Part shown: positions 52,442 to 62,864 of the stretch, piece after piece
Layout of the letters: every line of letters begins with the position of its first letter
Numbering within the stretch: the stretch's first letter is position 1
NCBI GenBank assembly: GCA_965225855.1
Contig: CBDDCK010000005.1
Span: forward strand, 992,001-1,056,000
Source: Spirochaetia bacterium
GTDB taxonomy: Bacteria > Spirochaetota > Spirochaetia > SP-2023
Reading direction: 5' to 3'
Length of the DNA stretch: 64,000 bases
The notes under the pieces: model-generated
Told to the model about the DNA's origin: nothing
Seen by the model: only the letters and a program-made list of their open reading frames with translations
Databases searched by the model: none
Made by a program: the position numbers and the translations under genes

Positions 52442-53536
52442 ATGGCGTTTGCACCGAACATGCATTCTTGGGTATATCTAGCAAAATTTAATACAGACGG
52501 TGCTTGGCAGGGCGAATTTCAAAATAAAGTACCTTACGATAAAGAACATTTTGCCAAGTTAAGTGAGAAAGAACAACAGGCAATATTCAATACACGTAAT
52601 CAGTTCCCCGAGCTTTGTCTAGTTGGCTATAGTTCTCAATATGCTTTGAGTGTTTTTGAAGGCTTAAAAGCATTTCCACAATTAGATGGTTCTTGGGCTA
52701 TGTTTCGACCATTGGATAATTGCAAACGCATGCAGCGTTCCATGGCGGGAATATTGCAGCCGACTATGGAACCCAATCAACTGTTGGAAATATTGCAAGA
52801 ATTAATGCGCCGCACTATCGAACAAGGGGTTACGATTCAATACCAAAAAGACTGGGAGCAAAATGATTTTTATAATGCGAGCTCTATTTATATACGGCCT
52901 TTTTCTTATTCTGAAGCCGGGCTTGGGGTGAATCGCAGCCGAAATCCTTGGCTTGTTATCGTCTCCACTCCTGTTAGTAATTATCTCGATAAAGAGAATC
53001 CTTCTGCGATTATTAGCCATCGTGTGCGTGCTATGCCAAATGGTACGGGCTGGATCAAATGCGCTTCCAATTATGTCATTTCCATGCTGGCCCGCCATGA
53101 GGCACAAGAGAAAGGTTTTGTGGAAGCGTTATTTTTAGATGGTAGAGAACAGCGATACCTTGAAGAGGGTTCTAGCTGCAATATATTTGTTTTACGCAAA
53201 GATGCTACTTTGCTTACGCCAGATTTGGCCGATACCATTTTACCCGGCATCACTCGTGATTCGGTGATTCAGTTAGCCAAAGCTAAAGGCATAAATGTTG
53301 AAGAACGTCCGATAGCCATTGACGAGTTGCTTACAGATGGTGCCGAATTGTTTCTAACAGGCACCGCAGCTGGTTTAGTTCCAATTCATAATATAAATTA
53401 TCAAGGGAAAGATTATAAATTGCCTTTTGGCCATTTTCGAGAAAAGGAAAGCCTTGCTAGCCTTTTACACGCACAGTTAAAAGCTATTCAATATGGTGTG
53501 TTGCCAGACCCAGATAATTGGGTTGTCAAAATCTAA
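52442..53536 (+). CDS. ilvE: branched-chain amino acid aminotransferase (class IV)
   Basis: YALSVFEGLKAF, YIRP, GTGWIKCASNY, EEGSSCN, ILPGITRDS, TGTAA; RBS AGGAG. Confidence 0.88.
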   Translation: MAFAPNMHSWVYLAKFNTDGAWQGEFQNKVPYDKEHFAKLSEKEQQAIFNTRNQFPELCLVGYSSQYALSVFEGLKAFPQLDGSWAMFRPLDNCKRMQRSMAGILQPTMEPNQLLEILQELMRRTIEQGVTIQYQKDWEQNDFYNASSIYIRPFSYSEAGLGVNRSRNPWLVIVSTPVSNYLDKENPSAIISHRVRAMPNGTGWIKCASNYVISMLARHEAQEKGFVEALFLDGREQRYLEEGSSCNIFVLRKDATLLTPDLADTILPGITRDSVIQLAKAKGINVEERPIAIDELLTDGAELFLTGTAAGLVPIHNINYQGKDYKLPFGHFREKESLASLLHAQLKAIQYGVLPDPDNWVVKI

Positions 53537-53552
53537 TGAATTAATTTTTGCA

Positions 53553-56500
53553 ATGCCTTATATTTTATACCCTTGTACCAATTCAGAAGAATTGTTTCAG
53601 GCTGTGTTGCGCAATGGCCAACTATCGGGTTTGCAATTAGATTTTGCGCACAGTAGGTTCGAACCCCAGCCGCGCTTACTCTTCCAAAATAATGCGTTAG
53701 GAGAATGGTTTAAAGTCCGCTTGGCTCAAGAGAAAGGCATTTGCATGGGACTAACGATAGGCCATTCTAAACAAATCCTCGAACATTACTTGGCCTTGTT
53801 TTTTCCTAAATTGCAAATAAATTGGGGCCATGCTGACCTTGTTAGTTTGCAAGTGTTTCATTTACTCAAAAATAATGAAGAGCGAAACAAGTATTTACCT
53901 AAAGTTTTAGAGGTTTTAATACAGCAGTTATCTAAGCAAAAGAAAGCCAAAAGATTGTCTCAAATAGGCTACCAAGATCATTTTGATAATGCTTTGGAGC
54001 AACATTTGTGGAAGTTTTCTCAACAGGTTGCTCAACTATTTTTAAGCTATGATCATTATCGTAGAGAATTACAAGAAGCTCTGAATCCAAATGTAGGATA
54101 CGGGCCTAACGAGCAGCTAGATAAAGCGTTTCATGATGGTATGGCGGTTAAGGCAGAAACTTGGCAGCAGAATTTGTGGCACAAGATACAACAGTACCAG
54201 GGACTCCACTGGCACGGCCAATTGATTGAGAAAGTATTAGCAGAAAAGCTTAACCCTTTCGGCAATGGAAAACAAGATATAGATTATCAAGCGACTATTG
54301 AACCCCTTTATATTATTGGCTCTGGTTTTATCAGTGCCCAGCAATTGACCTTTTACAGCTATTTATCGCAATTTACCGATGTCTACCAATATTGGCTAAC
54401 ACCTACGGAGTTTCCCTCGGAGCTGTGTAATCAAACGGCCCAAATGTTTTGGGGCCAAAGAGCTTATGATGCCCAACAATTGAGTCAAGCTATGGGGAAT
54501 TTACCCAAATCCCTTTGGCTAGAAAACAGCTTGCACAGTGCGGCCTTACTGCACCATATACCGAGGATTACTTGGCAATCTTATCCTCAACAAAAGAGTA
54601 ATCCACCCAAATCTCTATTGGAACTTGTACAGCATAAGCTGCGTTACTGTACTATAATTGAGCCTGAAATGCAATCTAGTTACAGTCCTAATAAACCTAT
54701 AGCAATAGATAATAGTATCCGTTACTTTGCTTGCAGCAATAGACGGCGTGAAGTTGAAGTTTTGAAAGATCAAATCTTAGCTAGTCTTGATGCTAACCCT
54801 GATTGGCAATTAAATGACATTGCTGTACTGGCTCCCGACATTAACGACTATCAGATATTAATCCAGAGTGTGTTCCAAAAAAACGGGGTATTATTGAATT
54901 ATAATTTCATTGATCTAAATTCTAGTAACGGCTTGCTTAGTCCATATTTTTCGGCTTTTAATATGTTGCTTGGCTTCAAGCATTTTACTATGTTGGACGA
55001 ATGGCTAAATTTTTTAGAAAATCCTTGTGTCCGAGCAAATGAGTTTTTACAAGCCAAACCCCAACATTTTTGGTTGAAAGTATTGCGCTATTGGCAGTTT
55101 AATCTAAGCGGGGAACATGGAGTAGATAGGGGAATCTGGCAAAAGGCACGAGAGCGTTTGTTGCACGATTATTTGTGGGACTACGGGGGGCATCAACTTA
55201 GTTTTGGCTTAAATCAACAATTATCTTTCGATCAAAGTGAGGCCGTCTTATTAGGGGAAGTCTTGGGTGTTATCTTTGAGTTAGAGCAATCGTTACAAAG
55301 GCTACACAATGGTAACCGAAGCATTTCAGAGTGGGTAAGGTTATTGGAGGACTTACAAGATAAGTTCTTATGCTGCCACAATCAAAGCCATCGCAGCGAT
55401 CGTGATATTCTCAATAAAAGCCTGCGCAACTTTTTAGCTATTGAAGAAAGCTTGCGCAAGGGCCAGCCCAATCAGTCTGGTAAATTAGAAAAATCTGGGA
55501 AAACTAGTGAGGCGATGCCTTTGCGCTTTCCCTTTAGTGTGATGCAAAATCTGCTGCAAGACAAGCTTGAGCAAAGCTTTAGCTTTAAGGGCTATTACCT
55601 CACCCAAGGAATCACTTGTGCTTCTTTACAGCCTTACCGAAGCGTACCTTTCCGCATGATTTGTGTGTTGGGGCTAGATGAAAAGAGTTTCCCTCGCAGT
55701 TCTATGCCCTTGCGCTTTGACCTTTGCAGCAGCTTACCCCAGCATGTAAGTCGCCAAGCTCAAGAGCAACACATGTTTGCTGAATTGCTAATCTCTGCAC
55801 GGGAACGTTTGCTGTTGTTCTACCCTAATAGCGATACAGTAAAAGGGAATGAAAAAAGCCCGTCTGCTTCACTGTATGAGCTTTGCTACTTTATTGCCCA
55901 GATCTTAGGGCAAGAGCAAGAAATAGTTTGGCAGCAACTGCTTCAGGTGCAACCACTGTTTCCCTTTGATCGTTGCTACTTTCATTCTGCAGAATATTTT
56001 AGTTACAATAGCAGCCATTACCGCGAATTTTTGGCCTTGCAACGTTCTTACCAGCCAAGCCCTCTGGCCGAGATAGGGCATAAATTGCCGTTTTTGGAGG
56101 TTAAGGGTTTGGCTAACAGTGAGCATTCTAGGACTGAAGAGCCTCTGTTTACTTGCGACTTGCAGGAAGTCATAGCGGTAATTAGCGATGCGCCAGCGTA
56201 TTTTTGGCAGAGCTATAGTGGCCTCAAGCCTTGGTATGATCAAGATGAATTACCATTGTTAGAGCAGCTTAGCCCAAGTGCAAGCAATGCTTATGGAAAG
56301 GCTAAAAGCTTGGGTGCACGGCTTTCTTGCGCTAGTTTAGAGCCGTTGAAATATGCCAAATGGCAGCAGCAGCTATGGCGTGATCCAGAGTATTTGCTGG
56401 CAATTTTCCAATTGAGTGAGCCCGATTTGCGTTCTTTTTTGGAACGTGAAGGAGCCCTAGGTAACCAGCTGTTCAGCGAGCAGCAGTGGCAAAGCCTAAA

Positions 56501-57359
56501 GCAAGGGCGCAACGTATTAAAGAAACAATTAGAATCTGTTGAATCTTGGCCTAGCTGGGAAACTGTTTGCCGTATACGCCAATACAGCATATCTTTACAA
56601 ATTGATTTAAATCTGGCTTCAGTTGGTTCGGAACGGACGCTGCGTTCAGAACGTATAGCCAAAGCTGGTGATACCATCAGCCGTTACGGGGCTTTTCTAC
56701 TGCCAGCTTTAGCCGTTGAGTTTGGGCAAGATGGGGCCTTTGTTCTGTTGGAAGCCCATATCCCTAGGTTGTGGCTTACAGGCCAGCGCATTATTTGTTG
56801 GAACCAAAGCCCGTTTGGTTTACCCCCCCAATTGTATAGCTTGTTGCATTATCAGTTATTCGTTTATCTGCGTCAAAATCCGCTATTTAGTGGTTACACA
56901 GAGTTACTGCAGCTAGAATGGCTTTATTCTGGAGAGCTGTATACAAATCAACAAAACTTCTGTACTGCCCAAACAATGCCGACCTTGAAGGACTATATCT
57001 GGCTGGTAGCGCAGGCGCGGTGTGGGGCTTTACCTTTGAGTATGGAATTCCTAAATTCAATATCGAAAAAGGGCAAATTAAAGGTGCAGTTGAGCCGGTT
57101 TCAAGAAACTTATCAGGAAGCTTGCCAATCTGGTGATACCCCCGCAATGCCAGAGAATACAAAAGCTATTGAGCCACTTGTTGAAGGGTTACAGCTAGAG
57201 CTGTACCAACAATGGCATGCTTATTTACAAACAATTATCCAACCGCCCAGTACCAATACGAATGAAGCTCTGACTCACTTAGCTATAGATTTTGGTAGTA
57301 GGCCTCTACAACAACCTAGATTTTGGCTATTGCTTCATGAATTGCTTTGCCATATATAA
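53553..57359 (+). CDS. recC: exodeoxyribonuclease V gamma subunit
   Basis: RREVEVLKDQIL, DIAVLAPDI..Y, LQPYRSVPFRMICVLGL, QPLFPF; ~1270 aa. Confidence 0.85.
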   Translation: MPYILYPCTNSEELFQAVLRNGQLSGLQLDFAHSRFEPQPRLLFQNNALGEWFKVRLAQEKGICMGLTIGHSKQILEHYLALFFPKLQINWGHADLVSLQVFHLLKNNEERNKYLPKVLEVLIQQLSKQKKAKRLSQIGYQDHFDNALEQHLWKFSQQVAQLFLSYDHYRRELQEALNPNVGYGPNEQLDKAFHDGMAVKAETWQQNLWHKIQQYQGLHWHGQLIEKVLAEKLNPFGNGKQDIDYQATIEPLYIIGSGFISAQQLTFYSYLSQFTDVYQYWLTPTEFPSELCNQTAQMFWGQRAYDAQQLSQAMGNLPKSLWLENSLHSAALLHHIPRITWQSYPQQKSNPPKSLLELVQHKLRYCTIIEPEMQSSYSPNKPIAIDNSIRYFACSNRRREVEVLKDQILASLDANPDWQLNDIAVLAPDINDYQILIQSVFQKNGVLLNYNFIDLNSSNGLLSPYFSAFNMLLGFKHFTMLDEWLNFLENPCVRANEFLQAKPQHFWLKVLRYWQFNLSGEHGVDRGIWQKARERLLHDYLWDYGGHQLSFGLNQQLSFDQSEAVLLGEVLGVIFELEQSLQRLHNGNRSISEWVRLLEDLQDKFLCCHNQSHRSDRDILNKSLRNFLAIEESLRKGQPNQSGKLEKSGKTSEAMPLRFPFSVMQNLLQDKLEQSFSFKGYYLTQGITCASLQPYRSVPFRMICVLGLDEKSFPRSSMPLRFDLCSSLPQHVSRQAQEQHMFAELLISARERLLLFYPNSDTVKGNEKSPSASLYELCYFIAQILGQEQEIVWQQLLQVQPLFPFDRCYFHSAEYFSYNSSHYREFLALQRSYQPSPLAEIGHKLPFLEVKGLANSEHSRTEEPLFTCDLQEVIAVISDAPAYFWQSYSGLKPWYDQDELPLLEQLSPSASNAYGKAKSLGARLSCASLEPLKYAKWQQQLWRDPEYLLAIFQLSEPDLRSFLEREGALGNQLFSEQQWQSLKQGRNVLKKQLESVESWPSWETVCRIRQYSISLQIDLNLASVGSERTLRSERIAKAGDTISRYGAFLLPALAVEFGQDGAFVLLEAHIPRLWLTGQRIICWNQSPFGLPPQLYSLLHYQLFVYLRQNPLFSGYTELLQLEWLYSGELYTNQQNFCTAQTMPTLKDYIWLVAQARCGALPLSMEFLNSISKKGKLKVQLSRFQETYQEACQSGDTPAMPENTKAIEPLVEGLQLELYQQWHAYLQTIIQPPSTNTNEALTHLAIDFGSRPLQQPRFWLLLHELLCHI

Positions 57360-57667
57360 TAGAATGAGAGGCTTTGAACGCTTAGAAGACTTAGAAAATG
57401 GACAAACTGCGCAACAATATCAAATGCAATTACAAGCAAACGCAAGTCAACTTGCGGCATTGTTTTATCCAGCAGCGCAAGCCATTGATAGCCAAATCCA
57501 AAGCAGACAACAAGCCCAACAAATACAGCAAGATTTGGACAATTTGCTTTAGATTTGAGCCAGTGCTACCACAAATACAGAGGGGATATTGCGGGCAAAC
57601 AATATACCGCTTTAGGTTTCTTAGGAATAACTTGCCGAAAGGCATGCAATTACAAACAAGCGCAATA

Positions 57668-57897
57668 GAGCAAAGCCTTGATCCAATGCGGAAAGCTATA
57701 TTATAGCAAGGCCGATCAAGGCCTTGATCCAATGCGGAAAGCTGTATTATAGCAAGGCCGATCAAGGCCTTGATCCAATGCGGAAAGCTGTATTATAGCA
57801 AGGCCGATCAAGGCCTTGATCCAATGCGGAAAGCTGTATTATAGCAAGGCCGATCAAGGCCTTGATCCAATGCGGAAAGCTGTATTATAGCAAGGCA
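57668..57897. repeat. 46-bp palindromic tandem array, 5 copies (locus 2)
   Basis: Unit GATCAAGGCCTTGATCCAATGCGGAAAGCTGTATTATAGCAAGGCC, nearly identical copies. Confidence 0.95.
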
Positions 57898-58116
57898 CTA
57901 AGACTCATAAAAAAGGCAGCCATTTCGGTTTCCACTCGTTGAGTGGCTGTGTGTAGAGGAGTTTTGCTCTAGCCATTGATTTAGCTTGTCTTGCTCTGTC
58001 TGGTTCGTTATTTTTGCCCTTGTATTTAGTACTTATTTTATATTTGATAAGCTTATATTACAAATTAGTTTACGTCGTTATTTACCTTATTGAAATATTT
58101 TTATCACTTCATTTAT

Positions 58117-58632
58117 TTAACTATAGCTCATCAATTCTTGGCTGCGATAAAGTAATTCTATATTAGACAGGTCAAACATTTTTTCGGCTTCTTTACCGCG
58201 TTGGTAGCGTTTATCAGCTACGACACGTTTTATGCCGATATTGATAATCATCATAGCACAACTTGGGCAAGGTGTCATGGTTACATACATGGTAGCATCA
58301 TTTAAGGCTAAACCAAATTTTGCTGCTTGGCAGATTGCGTTTTGTTCTGCGTGTACTGTACGCATGCAGTGATTGCTAACCGTTCCATCGGGGTATGTAA
58401 CTTGCTTAATTAAATGTCCTGCCGTATCGCAATGGGGTAGACCAGCAGCCGCACCGACATAACCTGTCGCCAGTATCTGCTTATCTTTGACAATTACGCA
58501 ACCACTTTTACCTCTATCGCAAGTAGCTCTTTTGGCAATAGCTTGACAGACCTCGAAGAAATAATCGTCCCAGCTCGGCCGTTGTATAATTGGGTGTTGC
58601 GTAGTTGCAAGATTTTCGTAAGTGTTAGCCAT
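58117..58632 (-). CDS. dCMP deaminase family protein
   Basis: RPSWDDYF, RATCDR, HAEQNAI and PCPSC zinc motifs. Confidence 0.9.
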   Translation of the reverse strand: MANTYENLATTQHPIIQRPSWDDYFFEVCQAIAKRATCDRGKSGCVIVKDKQILATGYVGAAAGLPHCDTAGHLIKQVTYPDGTVSNHCMRTVHAEQNAICQAAKFGLALNDATMYVTMTPCPSCAMMIINIGIKRVVADKRYQRGKEAEKMFDLSNIELLYRSQELMSYS

Positions 58633-58710
58633 TTTTGAATTTGCTTTGAATTTGAAATTTATTGAGGTTTAGATAAGATAATCCATACTATCAATATCTC
58701 TAGGGTATTT

Positions 58711-59901
58711 CTAGGCCAATGCTTTTTTTATACAGTTGGCAGCATATGCAACATCTTTTAATGGCGGCACCAGGGCAAAGCGCACAAAATCTTGACCCGG
58801 ATTTTTACCGTCTACTTCTTCACCGATGGAAACACCGGGAGTTACCACAATGCCAAACTCAAGTAATCGAGCAGCAAAATCCAAACCAGAGTTTCCAGGC
58901 CAACTTTGCTGCCATAGATAAAATGTTGCATCACCGGGTGTAGTCGGTAGACCAGCAGTGGCAAAAGCTTCCATCAAGTGTTTTCGTTTTTCGCGGTATT
59001 CATTGCGTACTTGTTGGACATGTTCCATATCTAGCAAGGCTAAAGTGGCTACATCTTGCAAAATGTTGGGCGTGCCTGAATCAATATTGGTTTTTACTTT
59101 TTTAAAACCGCTAATAATTTGCTCATCGCCTGCCACAAAACCTGTGCGGTAGCCAGTCATATTGTTGCGTTTCGAGAGTGAATAAAACGTAATGATGCCA
59201 TCATAATTGCCCATAATTCTGCTTGCTACTTCCAAAATGGACAATGGTTTTGCTCCAAAATAGATGTCGATATAACAACCTTCATCGGCAGCAATAATTA
59301 CACTGTATTTTTTGCTCCAAGCTAAAAGTTCTTCTAGCCATTGTTTAGGAGCACTGACACCCGTTGGATTATTGGGGTAGTTTGTCCAAATAATTTTAGC
59401 CTTTCGTGCAATTTTTTCTGGAATCGCTTTTAAGTCGATCAAGAATTGGTTTTCTGCGAGTAGTGGTACCATATAGGGGATACCGCCGGCAAATTCTGTA
59501 CCTGTTTTGTATACGGGGTAGCCGGGAGTTGGGCAAATCACAATATCACCCGGATTGATGAAACCCAGCGGAAAGTTGAACACGGCTTCTTTAGAGCCAA
59601 TGGTAGAGCTGATCTGGTTTTCAAGGTCTAATGAAATATTGAAGGTAGCCTTCATGTATTTGGCTGCTGCCTGACGAAATGTATTGGAACCTATATAGCT
59701 AGGATAACCTGTAGTCCTGTGCAGTCTGCCAGCTTCCAGCAAAGCATTGATAACAAAATCGGGAGTGGGGCTGCTCGGGTCGCCCACACCAAAATCCACC
59801 ACACGGGCCCCCGAAGAGCGCAACTGTTGGACTTTTTTGTCAATTTCGGCAAATGGATAGGGTTTGGTGCCACTAATGCGTGTAGAATATTCTAGCTCCA
59901 T
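58711..59901 (-). CDS. dapL: LL-diaminopimelate aminotransferase (class I/II)
   Basis: YPFAEID, FGVGDP, IGSKEA, NYPNNPTG, SLSKRNNMTGYR, KTNIDSG; adjacent to dapF. Confidence 0.75.
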   Translation of the reverse strand: MELEYSTRISGTKPYPFAEIDKKVQQLRSSGARVVDFGVGDPSSPTPDFVINALLEAGRLHRTTGYPSYIGSNTFRQAAAKYMKATFNISLDLENQISSTIGSKEAVFNFPLGFINPGDIVICPTPGYPVYKTGTEFAGGIPYMVPLLAENQFLIDLKAIPEKIARKAKIIWTNYPNNPTGVSAPKQWLEELLAWSKKYSVIIAADEGCYIDIYFGAKPLSILEVASRIMGNYDGIITFYSLSKRNNMTGYRTGFVAGDEQIISGFKKVKTNIDSGTPNILQDVATLALLDMEHVQQVRNEYREKRKHLMEAFATAGLPTTPGDATFYLWQQSWPGNSGLDFAARLLEFGIVVTPGVSIGEEVDGKNPGQDFVRFALVPPLKDVAYAANCIKKALA

Positions 59902-59928
59902 AATGTTCTCTTAAAATATAAATTTGCT

Positions 59929-60897
59929 TTAACTATTTTCCAGCTCATTATTTTCCAATTGGGAAAGGAAATCCGGCAGAAACATGCCATAGCATACACC
60001 ACGGACGGGGCCAGTTAATTCTATATTAGCAGCATGTTGCCAATGATTATCTAACTGCTTGGCCGTTGATTTGTCCAGTGGTTTTATATCAATCGTAAAC
60101 TCTCCACCGGGCATAAAAACTTGTACGGGTGGCTCAACTAAACCATTACGCCAAGCAGCAGCAGCAGCAGCGCAACTACTCGAACCAGAAGCCAAAGTAT
60201 AGCCAGCACCACGTTCCCAGATTTCAATTTGTATACTGTTTTTATCTAACACTTTGAGAAACTGTACGTTGGTGTGGTTTGGAAAAGCAGAATGGGTTTC
60301 AATGAGCGGGCCATAAATTTGGGCTTCTTCAGCAGAAATATTTTCTTGCCCACCCGCATCTATCACCACGCAATGTGGGTTGCCAATGCTAACGCAGGTT
60401 ACGGTAAAATTGCGCTTGCCAGCTTCCAAAGTTAAGCCCGTAACTTCCTCTTGTTCATTGATATTGTAAGAGCTAAATTTTTCAATATCGACTGGTATTT
60501 CTTGGGGGTGTAGTGTGGCATAGCCCATATTCACTTTTAAAATATGTTTTTCTTGATCGACTACTTCAATATCAACCTTTCCACCCAAAGTTTCTAAAGA
60601 AAATTGCGGGCCTTGAAGATAACCTTGATCAAGTAAATATTGAGCAAATATTCTAATCCCATTGCCACTCTTTTCGGCTTCAGAACCATCTGGATTCCAT
60701 ATTTGAAAATAGAGAGAATGTTGTTCATTGCTTGTTTTTAGTGGGCCGTAGAGAATACCATCTGAACCAATACCAAAATTGCGCTGGCAAATTAATTGGA
60801 TATTTTCCTTGGTCATGGGAATGGCACAGAAGGCTGGGTCAATCACTAAGTAATCATTGCCATGGCCGTGGTATCGGAAATAATCTGCAGCTTGCAT
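59929..60897 (-). CDS. dapF: diaminopimelate epimerase (Ser/Ser active-site variant)
   Basis: HGHGNDY, RNFGIGSDG, NPDGSEAEKSGNG, GNPH, WERGAGYTLASGSS; start MQAA after RBS GAGG. Confidence 0.85.
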   Translation of the reverse strand: MQAADYFRYHGHGNDYLVIDPAFCAIPMTKENIQLICQRNFGIGSDGILYGPLKTSNEQHSLYFQIWNPDGSEAEKSGNGIRIFAQYLLDQGYLQGPQFSLETLGGKVDIEVVDQEKHILKVNMGYATLHPQEIPVDIEKFSSYNINEQEEVTGLTLEAGKRNFTVTCVSIGNPHCVVIDAGGQENISAEEAQIYGPLIETHSAFPNHTNVQFLKVLDKNSIQIEIWERGAGYTLASGSSSCAAAAAAWRNGLVEPPVQVFMPGGEFTIDIKPLDKSTAKQLDNHWQHAANIELTGPVRGVCYGMFLPDFLSQLENNELENS

Positions 60898-61289
60898 ATA
60901 AAAAATCCTCACTGTAATGTTGGGTAGAGCAGTATAGCTATTTATACCTAGTCTAACAAGGCCTTTAGTAGCTTTCAGAGTGGTAAATAAACAAAATTGT
61001 TTTTTGATATATGGAAATAACCCAAACATAATTTTTGAAGATTCGCCACAATATTGTTAATGATGCTTAGCGAAACTTTGCTACCGATTGCTATTAAAAA
61101 ATTCTTTTTACTTTAAATGAAAATATTTAGATGGTAATTTTCATCGAATCTTGTAATAGAAAAATTATACTATTTCTTATAAAGAAGAAGCACTCTATTA
61201 ATTGTTATTGTCAATTCTAAAGAAATCTTTTTTGTTCAAACCACAAAAAATTCAAATCATCGTTGCTGTCAAATAACTGTAGATTTTTT

Positions 61290-61475
61290 AAATCAATCGC
61301 TTTTCCTTCACAGCTCAATCTGATTTCAGCTTAATAAGGCGCATCTTAATACTCAATCCCAATGGGTTACGGGAGGGGGACCGAACTTCATCGTTGGGGT
61401 TCAAGTAATAGATAACAGAGACATTCAGTTTCTGTTATCTATTTTACTTTTTTACTCCAGAGGGATTTACACTCT
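61290..61475 (-). ncRNA. possible 6S-like structured RNA
   Basis: GC-enriched structured patch in an AT-rich intergenic region; CTTGAACC...GTTCGG on the minus strand; upstream TTGCAA-17 bp-TAAATC; boundaries approximate. Confidence 0.3.
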
Positions 61476-61559
61476 AACGTATTAGTTTGCAAATAATCAT
61501 TAATATTTGATTAACATTTGCGCCTTATACGTTAGTAGTGTCCTTTACAGGAATTTTCA

Positions 61560-62861
61560 ATGTATAAATATAAAGTCGAAGGTGGCCACCCTTTAAAAGG
61601 AAGTATTGTCATCCAAGGTAATAAAAATGCAGCTCTGCCTTGCCTAGCTGCCACTTTGCTAAGCGATGAAGCCATTGTTTTAAACAACTTACCCATGTTG
61701 CGTGATGTAGAAGTCATGCTGGGAATTTTGGAGAAAATGGGCTCTAAAGTAGAACGTTTGTCTTCCAATAGTTACCGCATTCAAACCCAAGATATAAAGT
61801 CTACAATGTTAGCTGCTAGTGATGCAGGCAAAGTGCGTGCTTCTGTTTTGTTTGTCGGTCCATTGCTAGCCCGTTTGGGCTGGGTAAAATTGCCGTTGCC
61901 CGGTGGCGATGTTATTGGCAAGCGCAGATTAGATAGCCATTTTTTGGCAATGCAAGCATTAGGGGCGTCCCACTCGGTCAACGGTTATCTTTATTTCCAA
62001 ACCAATAAGCTGGTTGGTTCTGAAATTTTTCTCGATGAGGCTTCTGTTACCGCTACGGAAAACGCCATTATGGCTGCTGCTTTAGCCGATGGCGAAACCG
62101 TTATTGAAAATGCTGCGTCTGAACCCCATGTCCAAGATTTATGCCGCATGATCAATGCAATGGGAGGGGAAATTTCTGGCATTGGTTCTAATATTTTGCG
62201 CATTAAAGGGAAAAAGAAATTACACGGAACCGAGTTTAAGATCAGCCCCGATTTTATGGAAGTGGGTTCTTTTATTGGCTTGGCTGCCGTAACTGAAAGT
62301 GAATTAGAGTTGGTGGGAGTTCAGCATTCTGATTTGAAAATAGTAAAGATTGCGTTTAAAAAAATGGGTATTCATTGGACTGCTGGCCAAGGAAGTATAG
62401 GGGGGGACCGTTTGGTTGTACCATCTTGCCAAGCAATGAAAGTTCATTATGATGTTGATGGTTCGATACCCAAAATAGACGATGCCCCATGGCCTGGGTT
62501 TCCCGCAGATTTAACCAGCATTATGACCGTAGTTGCTACTCAAGTAGAAGGCACGATTTTAATCCACGAAAAGATGTTTGAATCACGATTGTTCTTTGTC
62601 GACAAATTGATCAGCATGGGAGCCCGCATTATTTTATGTGATCCGCATCGAGCTGTGATAACCGGGCCAACACGGCTTAGTGGCCAGACTTTGCTCTCAC
62701 CAGATGTGCGAGCCGGTATGGCCGTGTTGATCGCTGGGCTTTGTGCGCGTGGTACCAGTATTATCCACAATATTTACCAAATTGAGCGCGGTTATGAAAA
62801 TATAGCCCAACGGCTCTGCGCTATCGGTGCCCAAATTGAGCGTCTTCCAGAATATTCTTAG
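61560..62861 (+). CDS. murA: UDP-N-acetylglucosamine 1-carboxyvinyltransferase
   Basis: KNAALP, RASVL, LPGGDVIG, SVTATEN, PGFPAD, DVRAG, IERGYE. Confidence 0.95.
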   Translation: MYKYKVEGGHPLKGSIVIQGNKNAALPCLAATLLSDEAIVLNNLPMLRDVEVMLGILEKMGSKVERLSSNSYRIQTQDIKSTMLAASDAGKVRASVLFVGPLLARLGWVKLPLPGGDVIGKRRLDSHFLAMQALGASHSVNGYLYFQTNKLVGSEIFLDEASVTATENAIMAAALADGETVIENAASEPHVQDLCRMINAMGGEISGIGSNILRIKGKKKLHGTEFKISPDFMEVGSFIGLAAVTESELELVGVQHSDLKIVKIAFKKMGIHWTAGQGSIGGDRLVVPSCQAMKVHYDVDGSIPKIDDAPWPGFPADLTSIMTVVATQVEGTILIHEKMFESRLFFVDKLISMGARIILCDPHRAVITGPTRLSGQTLLSPDVRAGMAVLIAGLCARGTSIIHNIYQIERGYENIAQRLCAIGAQIERLPEYS

Positions 62862-62864
62862 AGT

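Noticed and set aside
57292..57765. Short ORFs after recC, including a Gln-rich 62-aa frame from 57364
   Set aside because: No recognisable family; the others run into the 46-bp array
45209..57897. 46-bp arrays as CRISPR or guide-RNA arrays
   Set aside because: Only point variation between units, locus 2 is nearly homogeneous, and no recognisable effector is adjacent
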